A stretch of DNA of 64,000 nucleotides. It comes from a virus. Where the stretch lies: positions 1-64,000 of the IMG/VR virus record IMGVR_UViG_3300031963_000063; one strand, written 5' to 3'. The notes under the pieces are model-generated. The model was not told the DNA's origin. It made no database searches and saw only the letters and a program-made list of their open reading frames with translations. This document shows, piece after piece, positions 47,320-59,101 of this stretch (positions are counted from its first letter, which is position 1; each line of letters begins with the position of its first letter). Made by a program: the position numbers and the translations under genes.

Positions 47320-48699
47320 TTATCCTGCTACAAAGTCCAAACTATTTGCAGTTGAGTTATACTGTATGTAGAAGTTCGTGGTGCCTGCAGTTCCACCAAA
47401 TCTCATTTTGTTTTGTGATCGAACTCTTACATCTCCATTTACATCAATTTTAAATAATGCATTTGTCGTTCCAATACCAACATTTGATGTTGTCGTAACA
47501 CCTGTGGCAGTTGTAATCCACTGTGTACCAATTCCACTACCACCACCTCCAGCAGATCCAGTTACAGTAACAATACCAGAAGACGGAGCAGATACACTTA
47601 AGTTGGCACCAAAATCAATAATAGTTGCAATTCCAAGTGGTGCGGTATCATCCCTAATACTAACTCCAGAAGAACCTCCACCACCAGTGGCAGAAATTGT
47701 GATTGATTTTGGAGTAGAGGAATTATTTGCAGTAATTGTAACTCCTGTACCCGCAATAAGGTTTAATGGTTCTTCACCAGTTGCGGTTACTCCAGTATTG
47801 CCATTAATTTGTATAGGGTTAAATGATGATTCTGAATTGATTAAAATTTCACCATTACCAAGATCAGTTACACTAAAAGGTGCTTTAGCGAATCTAATTG
47901 CCTTTACATTAGAAACTGCATCACTGGAGTTAATTCCAGCAATTCGTGTGCTGACAGTTAATGCTAAACCAGCAGATGCCCCAGAAATTGCAATAGTGGC
48001 AACACCATTAGAGAATGTTGCCGTCGCCCCTGCACCGACAAAGTTAATTGTTGCCGCGGTCCCTACAGTAGATCCTTCTTCTTGAACAACAACACCAGAT
48101 CCAACAGCTGTAATTCCAGTAAGACCAGAACCATCCCCAACAAATGATTGTGCAGTTATAATTCCAGTGGTATTAATGCTGCCACTAGACCCAATTCCAA
48201 CTCCACTGCCAGAACCAACACCCTTTGTACCAACATACTTATAAAAAGAAACTCTTGGTAATTGTGCTGCACTAACATTAGCTGGGTTACCAGCATAGAA
48301 AAATACTGTTCCTCCAGAATAATTTAAAATCCAATCATTTGTTCCAAAAGGAATTTCTGTAGTTCCATTACTTTGATATAACTTTGGATTATAAGTAGCA
48401 TCAAATCCATAAGGAATACAATCTACTAAATCGGATAAGTAGTATGCACTAGCGGCACCAGATACCGCGGTCATAGTTCTTTTTTCAAAAAATCTAATGA
48501 CCCCGCTTGTAGCACCATTAGCCAAGGCAGGAGCAGTTGCTGGAATTTGATCTGCTTGTTGCCACACTTGAGAAGGTAAAACAATATCTCTCGCACTAAT
48601 ACTTTCATTAAAGAAATCTCTAGGTAAAGCAGTTTCTGCTACCTGTGCAACTGCCTTTTTATATACAAAACTAGTTTTTTGTGCGTCTGTTAATGCCAT
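47320..48699 (-). CDS. Tail fibre-like protein
   Basis: GIITAQSFVGDGSGLTG, QEEG..VGTAATINFVG and NVGIGTT modules. Confidence 0.78.
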   Translation of the reverse strand: MALTDAQKTSFVYKKAVAQVAETALPRDFFNESISARDIVLPSQVWQQADQIPATAPALANGATSGVIRFFEKRTMTAVSGAASAYYLSDLVDCIPYGFDATYNPKLYQSNGTTEIPFGTNDWILNYSGGTVFFYAGNPANVSAAQLPRVSFYKYVGTKGVGSGSGVGIGSSGSINTTGIITAQSFVGDGSGLTGITAVGSGVVVQEEGSTVGTAATINFVGAGATATFSNGVATIAISGASAGLALTVSTRIAGINSSDAVSNVKAIRFAKAPFSVTDLGNGEILINSESSFNPIQINGNTGVTATGEEPLNLIAGTGVTITANNSSTPKSITISATGGGGSSGVSIRDDTAPLGIATIIDFGANLSVSAPSSGIVTVTGSAGGGGSGIGTQWITTATGVTTTSNVGIGTTNALFKIDVNGDVRVRSQNKMRFGGTAGTTNFYIQYNSTANSLDFVAG

Positions 48700-48713
48700 T
48701 TATTTACTCAGTA

Positions 48714-50525
48714 TTAAGATACGTTACTAATTGTTATATTATTAAAAGTTTTATTACTTGAAGCTGGAAGACCTATACGTATGTATAGTTGACCAGTTCT
48801 AGTAGTTGCACCGAAAGTAATTCTTTTCACAGTGGCAGTGCTATTACCAACTACCAGTGCAGCTGCTCCATCTGCAGATGGACTTGTTCCAGGTGAGAAT
48901 GCTGCATTACCGTCAATCCACCCAGTAACTCCTTCAATTTTTGCATAGATTTTAATACCACTCATAAGTGCACTACTACCAAAGTTAGAAGAACCAGTAA
49001 AAGTTAAATCAAAACTACTACATGCGGTAACAGATTGTGGATTAAACGTTACCCACCGATCACCAGCGCCCATACCAGTAGCATAGTCTGGTCCCACTAC
49101 TGGAAGATTATTGGTATAAGTACCACTAGGCCATTGGAATTTTCCATTTAGAAACTGAAGTTCATTAGTATATGTTGTTTTTAAATCAGCATTAGAATCA
49201 TAAGTAGAAGTATATCCAGTTGTTGGATACTGACCTGTTCCAGAGGGTTTTCTACTATTTTCGTTAGTGGCAGATAATGTATCAACTCTTACTCTAAGTG
49301 AATGTGTCGCTGTTCCTGAGGATCCTTGTGAGTTATAACTCGTTATTGTTATAGTATTTGTTTCTGAATACTTGTTACTTCCAACAGTAAGTGGCAAATC
49401 TGAAACAGTTACTGCTGCACTGGGGGTTTGAGTTCCAGTGAGAACTCTTGTTGCACTTGTACTTAAAATTGTGGATGCACTAACTTCTGCGATTCTGGTG
49501 GTATTATAAAAACTTTTTATTGCATTGTTAACAGTAAAATTGACAGAAAATGTTGATCCAAAACTCACTGTTGGAACACCACTAATATAGTGTGAGGTCG
49601 TATTTGGATAAGTTGTACTAATTCCAGTAACAGTTGTGGCTACTGGATCATCCACATAAAATGTCAAATTTGGGGTGCTTCCAGTTCCACTATGCGTAAG
49701 GTTATATGTATGAATACCAACAGACAATGAAGAAGCTGGAACTATTCTTGCGGTCATTTGTTTCCAGAATCCTTCTTTTCCAGCTTGACCAGAATAAGGA
49801 TCTGATTCTGAAACAACATTTAAAGAACCGAAAGTTCCGGTATTAGTTGCAGTTGTCAATGCAGTTGTTCCTACACCAACATTATCAATAAATGCTGTTA
49901 GAGTTCCAGAATCAGCATCATAAAAATTAGAAGTAGTATTTGTCGCAGGAGATGCACTGTTAGTAACAATAGTTCTTACTGTTCCGGTGCTTGTTTGTGT
50001 TGCAGAATAAGATGATGCAAGAGAAAGAGTTAAAGTTGATAAATTAGCTGGTTTTGATGGTGCAAGTTTATTTAAAATCTCATTAACTTCATCAATAGCA
50101 TCAGTAACTGTAGTGGTTGGAGTAAAAGATAATAGACCATCGGCAAAAGAAGTGTCAGTGGGTGTCCCAAGTGTAATTCCTGTACCCACACTAGAACCAC
50201 CACCACCACCACCTTCACCACCAGAGATCGTAATAGTGGCAACACCATTAGAGAATACTGCAGTGGCACCTGCACCAACAAAATTAATAGTTGTTGCTGT
50301 TCCTACATTAGCACCTTCTTCTTGAACAACAACGCCAGATCCTGTTGCAGTAACTCCAGTAAGACCAGAACCATCCCCAACAAATGATTGTGCGGTTATA
50401 ATTCCAGTATTAATACGAATTCCACTAGATGAAATAGTGGCACCAGATCCAACAGTAAGAGTACTTGCATTGATAATATTTCTACTATCATCAATAATAG
50501 TTGATCCTGATATCTTAATTGCCAT
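48714..50525 (-). CDS. Tail fibre-like protein
   Basis: MAIKISGSTIIDDSRNI start; shares the FVGDGSGLTG/QEEG module; Ser/Thr-rich beta C-terminus. Confidence 0.78.
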   Translation of the reverse strand: MAIKISGSTIIDDSRNIINASTLTVGSGATISSSGIRINTGIITAQSFVGDGSGLTGVTATGSGVVVQEEGANVGTATTINFVGAGATAVFSNGVATITISGGEGGGGGGSSVGTGITLGTPTDTSFADGLLSFTPTTTVTDAIDEVNEILNKLAPSKPANLSTLTLSLASSYSATQTSTGTVRTIVTNSASPATNTTSNFYDADSGTLTAFIDNVGVGTTALTTATNTGTFGSLNVVSESDPYSGQAGKEGFWKQMTARIVPASSLSVGIHTYNLTHSGTGSTPNLTFYVDDPVATTVTGISTTYPNTTSHYISGVPTVSFGSTFSVNFTVNNAIKSFYNTTRIAEVSASTILSTSATRVLTGTQTPSAAVTVSDLPLTVGSNKYSETNTITITSYNSQGSSGTATHSLRVRVDTLSATNENSRKPSGTGQYPTTGYTSTYDSNADLKTTYTNELQFLNGKFQWPSGTYTNNLPVVGPDYATGMGAGDRWVTFNPQSVTACSSFDLTFTGSSNFGSSALMSGIKIYAKIEGVTGWIDGNAAFSPGTSPSADGAAALVVGNSTATVKRITFGATTRTGQLYIRIGLPASSNKTFNNITISNVS

Positions 50526-50569
50526 TTACGTTACCGTCGTCGTGTTTCCACTGGGTATGTTATTATTAT

Positions 50570-53500
50570 TTATGATAGTTTTGACTTCAATTCATTTATT
50601 TGATTTTGCTGTTCTTTGACAACCTCAATGAGAAGACCAATCAAACCATTATAGTTAACAGACTTGATATTATCTGTTGAATTTCTAACTAGTTCTGGCA
50701 TAATTTTTTCAATCTCTTGTGCAAGTACACCAGCAGAAGACTGACCATTTTCTTTCCATTCAAAATTAACACCACGAATTGACATCACTTTTGCAAGTGG
50801 ATCTTCAATCGTGCGTACATTATTCTTTAATGCAGCATCAGAACTTGAGTTAAAGTCTGTTGCAGTTACGACACCAGTTACAATAATGCCACCAGCAACA
50901 GTCAAGGTATCAGTTGTCTTATTATAAGTTAATCCACTATCACCACCGAAGGTGGATCCACCATCGTTAAATTGAATTTGAGTATCAGAACCACCAGGTG
51001 TTCCTCCACCCCCGCCTCCACCACCAGAAATAGTAATCGTAGCAGTTCCACCAGAATAAGTGGCAGTGACACCAGAACCGACAAAGTTAAGTGTTGTCGC
51101 AGCAGTGCCTACATTAGATCCTTCTTCTTGAACCGTAAGAGAAGAACCACCACCTCCACTAGCATTAATAGTTACTTTACCAGTAGAACCAGAGATGGTG
51201 ACATTAGTACCAGCAACAATACTGGTAACAATACCTGTTAGATTTACTCCATTACCAGTTGTAGTTAGATAAGTGTTAGCATCAGTAGAACCATCTCCCT
51301 TCAAGAATTCTGATGATGTGGATCCAGGTTTGACAAAAGAATTTGCTGTAATAATTCCTGTCGTATTAATATTTTCATCGATAGCAACAGAAGTATTGCC
51401 AATAACCATGTCTCCATTTATTGCAGGAAGAACAACAACGGCATTGCCACCATATTGATTATGAGGTGCAGCTTGAAGTCTGGTATAATGAGCATTTCCA
51501 ATTTCACAGAATAGATCAATTCTTCCTGGATTTGAATCAGAACTTTGAATTTTTATCTGATTTGCTGCTGTTATAATTCCAACAGAAATACCATTAGTAG
51601 TGGTTCTTCCTCTAGTCGTTACACTATCTAAAGTATCAGTTTCGGTATAAGAAGTCAGATAAGTGCTAGAATCAACTGAACCATCTGCCTTTAAGAACTG
51701 TGATGAGGTACCACCAGATCTTACGAATTGAGATGCCGTTACAATACCAGTGTTTATTCTGATTCCACTAGGTAAAATTGTAACTCCAGTACCAACATTA
51801 ACTCCACCAGTGACACTTAAAGTATCAGTGGTCTTATTATAAGTTAATCCACTATCGCCACCAAAAGTTGATCCACCATCGTTAAACTGAACCTGAGTAT
51901 CAGAACCACCAGGGTTAGTGGATCCTCCACCACCTCCACCAGAAATAGTAATAGTTGTAATCCCAGCATTGTAGGTTGCAGTAACTCCAGCACCAACAAA
52001 ATTAAGAACTGTTGCTGCGGTGCCAACTTGACTACCTTCATCCTGAACAGCAATATTTGAACCACCACCTCCAGCATTAATTGTAACTTGACCAGTAGAA
52101 CCAGAAATGGTTACATTAGTTCCAGCAACAATACTAGTAACAATACCTGTTAGGTTTATTCCATTACCAGTCGTAGTCAGATAGGTACTAGAGTCAACAG
52201 AACCATCTGCCTTTAAGAACTGAGATGAGGTACCACCAGACTTAACAATTGATGTTGCCGTTAAAAGACCAACAGAAATACCATTAGTAGTGGTTCTTCC
52301 TCTAGTCGTTACACTATCTAAAGTATCAGTTTCGGCATAAGAAGTTATATAGGCACTAGAGTCAACAGAACCATCTGCCTTTAAGAACTGTGATGAAGTA
52401 CCACCAGACTTAACGAAAGATGATGCCGTTACGATACCAGTATTCGTTCTTAAACCACTAGGGAGAATAGTAACTCCAGTACCAACATTAACCCCACCAG
52501 TGACACTTAAAATATCAGTTGTCTTATTATAAGTAAGTCCAGAGTCACCACCGAAGGTTGATCCACCATCATTAAATTGAATTTGAGTATCAGAACCAGA
52601 AGGCACCGAATTAAATGTAATTGCCTTAGAGAAGGTGGTTCCAATACCAGCAGATGCAACTTCTTTTGTCGTAATTGCAATGCCAGGTCCAGCAATAAAT
52701 TCAATTGGCTCTTCACCAGTTGCCTTTAGTGTTCCTTGCCCATTAACATACCATGGGTTAAAGGTTGATTCAGACTGAATCAATACCTCTCCACTACCAA
52801 GATCAGTTACGCTGAATGGTGTCTTAGCAAATCTAATTGCTTTAACATTTGATACTGCATCATTATTGTTTACTCCCGCAGTTCTTGTTCCGACTGTTAG
52901 GGCAAAACCAACTCCAGTAAGTCCAGAACCATCACCGACAAATGATTGTGCCGTTACAATACCAGTGTTTATTCTGATTCCACTAGGCAGAATCGTAACT
53001 CCAGTACCGACATTAACACCACCAGTAACTGATAAGGTATCAGTTGTCTTATTATAAGTAAGTCCAGAATCACCACCTAGAGTTGAACCACCATCATTGA
53101 ATTGAACCTGAGTATCAGATCCACCAGGAGCACCACTACCTCCTCCACCACCAGAAATAGTGATAGTTGTAATACCTGCATTATAAGTAGCAGTAACTCC
53201 AGCACCAACAAAATTAAATGTTGTTGCGGCAGTACCAATTTGAGTTCCTTCTTCTCTTACTTCAATTTGTCCTGAATATGTTGAAGAGTCAACTGAACCA
53301 TCTGCCTTTAAGAACTGAGATGAGGTACCACCAGACTTAATAAGTGATGTTGCAGTTAGAACTCCAACCGAAATACCGTTAGAAGTTGTTCTTCCTCTTG
53401 TGGTTACAGAATCTAGAGTATCAGTTTCGGTATAAGAAGTCAGATAAGTGCTAGAATCAACTGAACCATCTGCCTTTAAGAACTGAGATGAGGTACCACC

Positions 53501-56500
53501 AGATCTTACGAATTGAGATGCCGTTACGATACCAGAGTTTATTCTTAAACCACCAGAAGTAAGAGTTACACCTGTACCAATGACAAGTTGAGTTACAGTT
53601 ACTAAACCTACTGAAATACCATTACTGGTAACATTACCTCTAGTTGTAACACTATTGAGTGTGTCAGTCTCAGTATAAGAAGTCAGATAAGTGCTAGAAT
53701 CAACTGAACCATCTGCCTTTAAGAACTGAGATGAGGTACCACCAGACTTAACAAAAGATGATGCGGTTACGATACCAACAATTTTAACATTGCCACCAAC
53801 ATCAAGTTTTGATGTTGGATCTGCAGATCCAATGCCGACTAATCCTGTTCCACGAATAGTTATAGCATTTAACTCACTAAGCCCAGTATAAAAAGCACCT
53901 AAAACAATAGCAGTTCTATTCGATCCACCGACATTTCCATCTGCATGAATCCTTATTCCACCAGTATATGAGTCATTTGAATCTACAACTCCTAGATCCA
54001 GCAATGAATAAGTATTTGAAGGCCAAGGAGTGATATTTAATTTGTTAATTATATTAAAAGTATTGGTATTATTTGTTCTCAGGTCCTCAGATCTAATGCC
54101 GTCAGCACTAACATTTAGTTTTAATTGTGGAATATCTGTTGAGAAAATTGTAATTGGTGCAGTTGGATTTGTGGTTCCAATACCAATAGATCCAGCAGCA
54201 CCTACACGAATACCGCCTGTTGCTGTAACAATACCAGTTACATTTAGTTGTGGTGACTGTAAGGTTCCAAAGACAGTAGCACCATATCCTGTGGTTTCAA
54301 ACTTCTTGGAGGCATCATAATAAAGTTCCACTGCTCCGTTAGTAATAAATCTTGCTTTATACTCTGAAGCAGCAGTATTTCCAATCCATACCTCATTATC
54401 ACCAAGAATAGCTAAATTTCCAGTCCCTTGATCTGTAATATAACTATTTGATCCATCATGAACAATTCTTAAATCATTTCCATCACCAAAATACAGATTA
54501 TTATTATCACCAAGTTTTACATCACTCTGGAATGTGGCAACACCAGAAACATTCAGTTGTCCTAATGTTCCAACCGAAGTCAGTGAAGAATTAACAACAC
54601 CACTTCCAAGAGTAGTAGATGAAAGAACATTAGTACCATCAATCTCATAAACTTTACCAGAAGCAAGATTAAAATTCTCACTTGACTTTAATGCTGTATT
54701 GGCATGATCATATAATAAGGTATTATTTGGTCCAATTTTAATACCAGCACCATCTGCTAATAAATCAGTAGTAGCAGTTGAGGCAATACCAACAATAAAA
54801 TCAGCAATTTCTAAAGAAGTGGAATTGATTTGTGTTGTAGTGCCATCAACATATAAGTCACCTTTAATTCTTACTGATCCAGTGTTATCACCAACACCAG
54901 CGGGATCAATAATAACTTCAGAAGGACCACTAATAGTATTCTGAGTAATATTAATACCAACTCCAGAAGCACCAGTAGAAAGTCTTGTGGTTGCTGTAGC
55001 AATGCCAGAAATAAAATTAGTACTATTTAAAGTTGTGATAGTACCAACACCACTATAATTTAAAGTAGTACCAGAAATAGTAGTAACTAATCCAGTAACA
55101 ATATTACCAGTAGTGGCATTAAGAGTATCAATATTTCCAGTCGTATAAGTTGCTGTTGTACCAGAAATAGTGGTAACTAAACCAGTAACAATATTACCAG
55201 TTGTAGCATTGAGAGTTGCAATCGTAGCAATACCAGATGTAGTTAAGTTGGTTATAATGCCAGTCTTAACATAACCAAGATCAACTGAAGCAGTAGCAAT
55301 TGTACCAATACCAGTTGTAGTCAGATTGGTTACAATACCAGACTTAATGTATGCTAAGTCAATTGATGCCGTATTGATAGTGCCAATACCCGAAGTTATT
55401 AGATTGGTGACAACACCAGTTGCAATCGAAGCAATACCAGTTGTAGTCAGATTGGTTACAATACCAGTCTTAACATAACCAAGATCAACTGAAGCAGTAG
55501 CAATTGTACCAATACCCGAAGTTATTAGATTGGTTACAATACCAGTTACAATATTACCAGTCGTATAAGTTGCGGTAGAACCACTTAAATCAGTTATAAC
55601 CCCAGTAACAATATTACCAGTGGTTGCATTAAGAGTGGTTATCGTACCAATACCAGTTGTAGTCAGATTAGTTACGATACCAGAATTAACGTATGCTAAG
55701 TCAACTGAAGCAGTATTAATAGTTGCAATACCACTTGCAGTTAAGTTGGTTATAATACCAGACTTAACGTATGCTAAGTCAACTGATGCAGTAGCAATAG
55801 TAGCAATTCCACTAGTGGAAAGGTTGGTTACGATACCTGTGTTAACATAAGCAAGATCAACTGATGCAGTATTGATAGTACCAATACCAGTTGTGGTTAA
55901 ATTGGTTACGATACCAGACTTAACGTATGCTAAGTCAACCGAAGCAGTATTGATAGTACCAATACCAGTTGTGGTTAAATTGGTTACGATACCAGACTTA
56001 ACGTATGCTAAGTCAACCGAAGCAGTATTAATAGTTGCAATGCCAGTGGTCGTTAAGTTAGTGACAATACCAGACTTAACATAAGCAAGATCAACTGATG
56101 CTATTGCAATCGTAGCAATTCCAGTTGTTGTTAAGTTGGTTACAATACCAGTCTTAACGTAAGCAAGATCAACTGATGCTATTGCAATCGTAGCAATTCC
56201 AGTTGTTGTTAAGTTGGTTACAATACCAGTCTTAACATAACCAAGATCAACTGATGCAGTATTGATAGTACCAATACCAGTGGTTGTTAGGTTAGTAACA
56301 ATACCAGACTTAACGTATGCTAAATCAACCGAAGCAGTATTGATAGTGCCAATACCCGAAGTTATTAGATTGGTGACAATACCAGTTGAGATTGTAGCAA
56401 TACCAGAATTTAATTGACCATCAAATTTTAAAGCAGTTATAATACCAGTAAATCTAGAATCACCAAATACATCAAGCCTTGCAGTTGGATTTGTGGTTCC

Positions 56501-59101
56501 TATACCAATATTTTGAGAATTATTAATTCTAAATGCTTCTATATTATCAGTATTGAATCTGATTGTTCCATTAGAACCAGTATCATCAATTGCAATAGAA
56601 GAATCTCCTATTTGTAAGGCACTGGTTTGAAGAACAGATGCTGTCAGAATACCACTGACATTTAGGTTACCATCAATATTAGTTTCGGAATTTCCCGATG
56701 GATTGATATTGATATCACCAGAAGTTGATGTGATCTCATTTCCAGATATCTGAATATTACCAACTGTCAGATAAGTTGGTGTTAAAGTATTTGTATTTGT
56801 CCCGTCCGTAACATTTAGATCAGAAAGACTATTAAGTGTAAAGTTCTGTCCACCAAAGTTTACAGTACCTGCTTCCTGATTGACATAAAATGCCTCACCA
56901 ACTCTAAAGTCTCCAGACTGGTCAATAGAAACAAAATAAACATTTGCATTATTAGAAGTTACAACCTCATCTGCTTGATTGACTAAAGATATGTCTTGAC
57001 TAAAATCTTTTCCTGATCCAATGTGTCCGAAGTTAAATGCAAACAATCGGAGACCAACACCTGGTCCATCAGCACTAATACCAGTATTACCAAAGACTAC
57101 AGCAGATCCGATAGATCTCATTTCAGCACCAAACTGCTGATAGTCTGCTAATGTAATTTTAGTTGCCGTTGCAATTCCTACACCAGAACGAACCCAACGA
57201 ATGTCTTGTGCTGGAATTGAACTATCAATAAAAGAAGTACTGGCAGATGCACCATCAAGATGGAGAAGAAGTTTATCACTACCATCAGAATTAAATTGAG
57301 TTGTTGATGGAGTGAAAGTTCCAGTATATCTTGCAGTATTTGAAATTCTAACTTCATCAATATAACCAACAAAAACATTGGATGAAGAACTATCAGCACC
57401 AATTGTCAGTTGTCCAGTGTTACCAATGGATGAAGAATTTGTTTCTGTCGTACCAAGTGCAGTTCCATTAACATAAGCAGTAATTGTTGATCCAGAACGA
57501 ACTAATGCAATGTGTGTCCAGGTATTGATCGAAATCGAACCACCAAACGTTGTAGAAGCACTGCCAAAGAAATTACCAGTTACAACTCCACTTTCCAATG
57601 AAAGGTGATATCTACCAGTTGTTTCGGTTCCTAATGAGAAAAGATAACGACTTCCAGTTACACTTGTTGGATAAATCCATGTTTCTGCTGTAAAGTTTCC
57701 AGAGAATGCAAAGTCTGATCCACCTTCACATCTCGCATAGTCTCCTGTACCATCAAGATATAAAGATGCAGTTCCAATCTTTTTCTGCAGTGTCGATAAC
57801 TGGGCATCACCATAAGCAGTTACAGTCTTGCCAAGTCTCGATGTTGGGAGTTCAAATAGTCCCTCACCCTTACCAGTAATTGAAGAAAGACCAGTTGCTG
57901 AGGTATAACTCCTAACCGTACCAAATCCAAGTGCTTCTTTGTAAGATATATTACCACTGGTGGTTGCAGAACCTGCCATGGTAACAGAGAATGTATTAAC
58001 TCCAACGTATCCAGTAACACGATAGAATCCATCTGTTGCCGTACCAGAAGTAAAGTCAGCAAAAACTCTATCTCCAACAGTCAAACCATGGCCGACTCTG
58101 GTGATTGTAAGTGCAGTTCCTACTTGAGAATAAGTACCAGACCTATAGTTTGCTTCAAGGTAATAAAGTTCGTCATTCGTGGTTGGATATCCAGAACCAC
58201 CGGTAATAATTCCAGAAGTTTTAATTCTTACATAACCAGTACTTGCTACACCAACAGTTCCATCATATGCATGAATTCCTTTATCAGCAAGATAAGAGAA
58301 ACAGTTGACCCATTCGGTTCTTGCACCGTTGGTCATCTCTAGTGCAGTGTTGTTAGGAGTGATAAATGTACACTCATTGAACAACATTGCTGGTTCAAGT
58401 GTGTCTGTAGTAACGACACTACCATCAATTAATGCACCACGACCTGCTTTGTAAGTAGATGGTGGCGAATGTGGAGTATCAAATCCATATGGATCTGTAG
58501 AGGAAGTGACTGATCCTCTGTTTAATACTGTTACTCTCTGAATGTATGGTGAACGAGTTGTGGTCTTACTGTTGTTTGCGAATCTAAAACCATAACCAGG
58601 TTCATAAAAATTACCAATACTTAAATCTTCAACTGTCGTTTCACCATTAAGCAAGAATCCATCATTCTGCTTTGTTCCTTCTGTTGGTTGAATGAATGTA
58701 CCACGAAGACCAACACCTCTAATAGTTACACCAACTGGAACTGTTAGTGGAAAAATTTCAGTGAATGTACCTGACTGAACAAAAATCGTATCACCAGACG
58801 TTGCAACACTCAGAGCATGTTTAAGTGTGGCATATGGTTCGTTTAAATTATTTCCAGTATTACCATCACTTCCATTTGTCGCAACATAATATGTCTTACC
58901 TGGTGCATTTATACTTCCATCAAATCTAGTAGCACTAATGATTCCACTAGCACCATACATTGTAATTGCGGCACCTACTTGAAATGTACCTAATGGATTT
59001 GTTATCCCTACACCAACATTTCCTAACGGTGTTGCAATTAAAACTGTACCACCTACACCTACTTCTAGCCCGCGCTTTACCCTAAAGTTCTGTTCTGCCA
59101 A
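50570..59101 (-). CDS. Giant tail fibre (2843 aa): beta-helix domain, LamG-like domain, Thr-rich repeats, S74 chaperone
   Basis: TTG start with SD and GATAAATA promoter at about 59132-59139; YYVATNGSD...PYATLKHAL; FTAETWIYP...WTHIALVRSG...GYIDEVRIS (LamG-like); SDAALKNNV (S74). Confidence 0.88.
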   Translation of the reverse strand: MAEQNFRVKRGLEVGVGGTVLIATPLGNVGVGITNPLGTFQVGAAITMYGASGIISATRFDGSINAPGKTYYVATNGSDGNTGNNLNEPYATLKHALSVATSGDTIFVQSGTFTEIFPLTVPVGVTIRGVGLRGTFIQPTEGTKQNDGFLLNGETTVEDLSIGNFYEPGYGFRFANNSKTTTRSPYIQRVTVLNRGSVTSSTDPYGFDTPHSPPSTYKAGRGALIDGSVVTTDTLEPAMLFNECTFITPNNTALEMTNGARTEWVNCFSYLADKGIHAYDGTVGVASTGYVRIKTSGIITGGSGYPTTNDELYYLEANYRSGTYSQVGTALTITRVGHGLTVGDRVFADFTSGTATDGFYRVTGYVGVNTFSVTMAGSATTSGNISYKEALGFGTVRSYTSATGLSSITGKGEGLFELPTSRLGKTVTAYGDAQLSTLQKKIGTASLYLDGTGDYARCEGGSDFAFSGNFTAETWIYPTSVTGSRYLFSLGTETTGRYHLSLESGVVTGNFFGSASTTFGGSISINTWTHIALVRSGSTITAYVNGTALGTTETNSSSIGNTGQLTIGADSSSSNVFVGYIDEVRISNTARYTGTFTPSTTQFNSDGSDKLLLHLDGASASTSFIDSSIPAQDIRWVRSGVGIATATKITLADYQQFGAEMRSIGSAVVFGNTGISADGPGVGLRLFAFNFGHIGSGKDFSQDISLVNQADEVVTSNNANVYFVSIDQSGDFRVGEAFYVNQEAGTVNFGGQNFTLNSLSDLNVTDGTNTNTLTPTYLTVGNIQISGNEITSTSGDININPSGNSETNIDGNLNVSGILTASVLQTSALQIGDSSIAIDDTGSNGTIRFNTDNIEAFRINNSQNIGIGTTNPTARLDVFGDSRFTGIITALKFDGQLNSGIATISTGIVTNLITSGIGTINTASVDLAYVKSGIVTNLTTTGIGTINTASVDLGYVKTGIVTNLTTTGIATIAIASVDLAYVKTGIVTNLTTTGIATIAIASVDLAYVKSGIVTNLTTTGIATINTASVDLAYVKSGIVTNLTTTGIGTINTASVDLAYVKSGIVTNLTTTGIGTINTASVDLAYVNTGIVTNLSTSGIATIATASVDLAYVKSGIITNLTASGIATINTASVDLAYVNSGIVTNLTTTGIGTITTLNATTGNIVTGVITDLSGSTATYTTGNIVTGIVTNLITSGIGTIATASVDLGYVKTGIVTNLTTTGIASIATGVVTNLITSGIGTINTASIDLAYIKSGIVTNLTTTGIGTIATASVDLGYVKTGIITNLTTSGIATIATLNATTGNIVTGLVTTISGTTATYTTGNIDTLNATTGNIVTGLVTTISGTTLNYSGVGTITTLNSTNFISGIATATTRLSTGASGVGINITQNTISGPSEVIIDPAGVGDNTGSVRIKGDLYVDGTTTQINSTSLEIADFIVGIASTATTDLLADGAGIKIGPNNTLLYDHANTALKSSENFNLASGKVYEIDGTNVLSSTTLGSGVVNSSLTSVGTLGQLNVSGVATFQSDVKLGDNNNLYFGDGNDLRIVHDGSNSYITDQGTGNLAILGDNEVWIGNTAASEYKARFITNGAVELYYDASKKFETTGYGATVFGTLQSPQLNVTGIVTATGGIRVGAAGSIGIGTTNPTAPITIFSTDIPQLKLNVSADGIRSEDLRTNNTNTFNIINKLNITPWPSNTYSLLDLGVVDSNDSYTGGIRIHADGNVGGSNRTAIVLGAFYTGLSELNAITIRGTGLVGIGSADPTSKLDVGGNVKIVGIVTASSFVKSGGTSSQFLKADGSVDSSTYLTSYTETDTLNSVTTRGNVTSNGISVGLVTVTQLVIGTGVTLTSGGLRINSGIVTASQFVRSGGTSSQFLKADGSVDSSTYLTSYTETDTLDSVTTRGRTTSNGISVGVLTATSLIKSGGTSSQFLKADGSVDSSTYSGQIEVREEGTQIGTAATTFNFVGAGVTATYNAGITTITISGGGGGSGAPGGSDTQVQFNDGGSTLGGDSGLTYNKTTDTLSVTGGVNVGTGVTILPSGIRINTGIVTAQSFVGDGSGLTGVGFALTVGTRTAGVNNNDAVSNVKAIRFAKTPFSVTDLGSGEVLIQSESTFNPWYVNGQGTLKATGEEPIEFIAGPGIAITTKEVASAGIGTTFSKAITFNSVPSGSDTQIQFNDGGSTFGGDSGLTYNKTTDILSVTGGVNVGTGVTILPSGLRTNTGIVTASSFVKSGGTSSQFLKADGSVDSSAYITSYAETDTLDSVTTRGRTTTNGISVGLLTATSIVKSGGTSSQFLKADGSVDSSTYLTTTGNGINLTGIVTSIVAGTNVTISGSTGQVTINAGGGGSNIAVQDEGSQVGTAATVLNFVGAGVTATYNAGITTITISGGGGGGSTNPGGSDTQVQFNDGGSTFGGDSGLTYNKTTDTLSVTGGVNVGTGVTILPSGIRINTGIVTASQFVRSGGTSSQFLKADGSVDSSTYLTSYTETDTLDSVTTRGRTTTNGISVGIITAANQIKIQSSDSNPGRIDLFCEIGNAHYTRLQAAPHNQYGGNAVVVLPAINGDMVIGNTSVAIDENINTTGIITANSFVKPGSTSSEFLKGDGSTDANTYLTTTGNGVNLTGIVTSIVAGTNVTISGSTGKVTINASGGGGSSLTVQEEGSNVGTAATTLNFVGSGVTATYSGGTATITISGGGGGGGGTPGGSDTQIQFNDGGSTFGGDSGLTYNKTTDTLTVAGGIIVTGVVTATDFNSSSDAALKNNVRTIEDPLAKVMSIRGVNFEWKENGQSSAGVLAQEIEKIMPELVRNSTDNIKSVNYNGLIGLLIEVVKEQQNQINELKSKLS
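55240..56400 (-). repeat. Coding tandem repeat, 78-nt / 26-aa unit
   Basis: KSGIVTNLTTTGIGTINTASVDLAYV repeated about 10 times, near-identical at DNA level. Confidence 0.9.

Noticed and set aside
47378-48085. Long plus-strand ORFs such as 47378-48085, 21049-21570 and 7191-7574
   Set aside because: Antisense shadows of well-supported minus-strand genes, with no motifs or expression signals.
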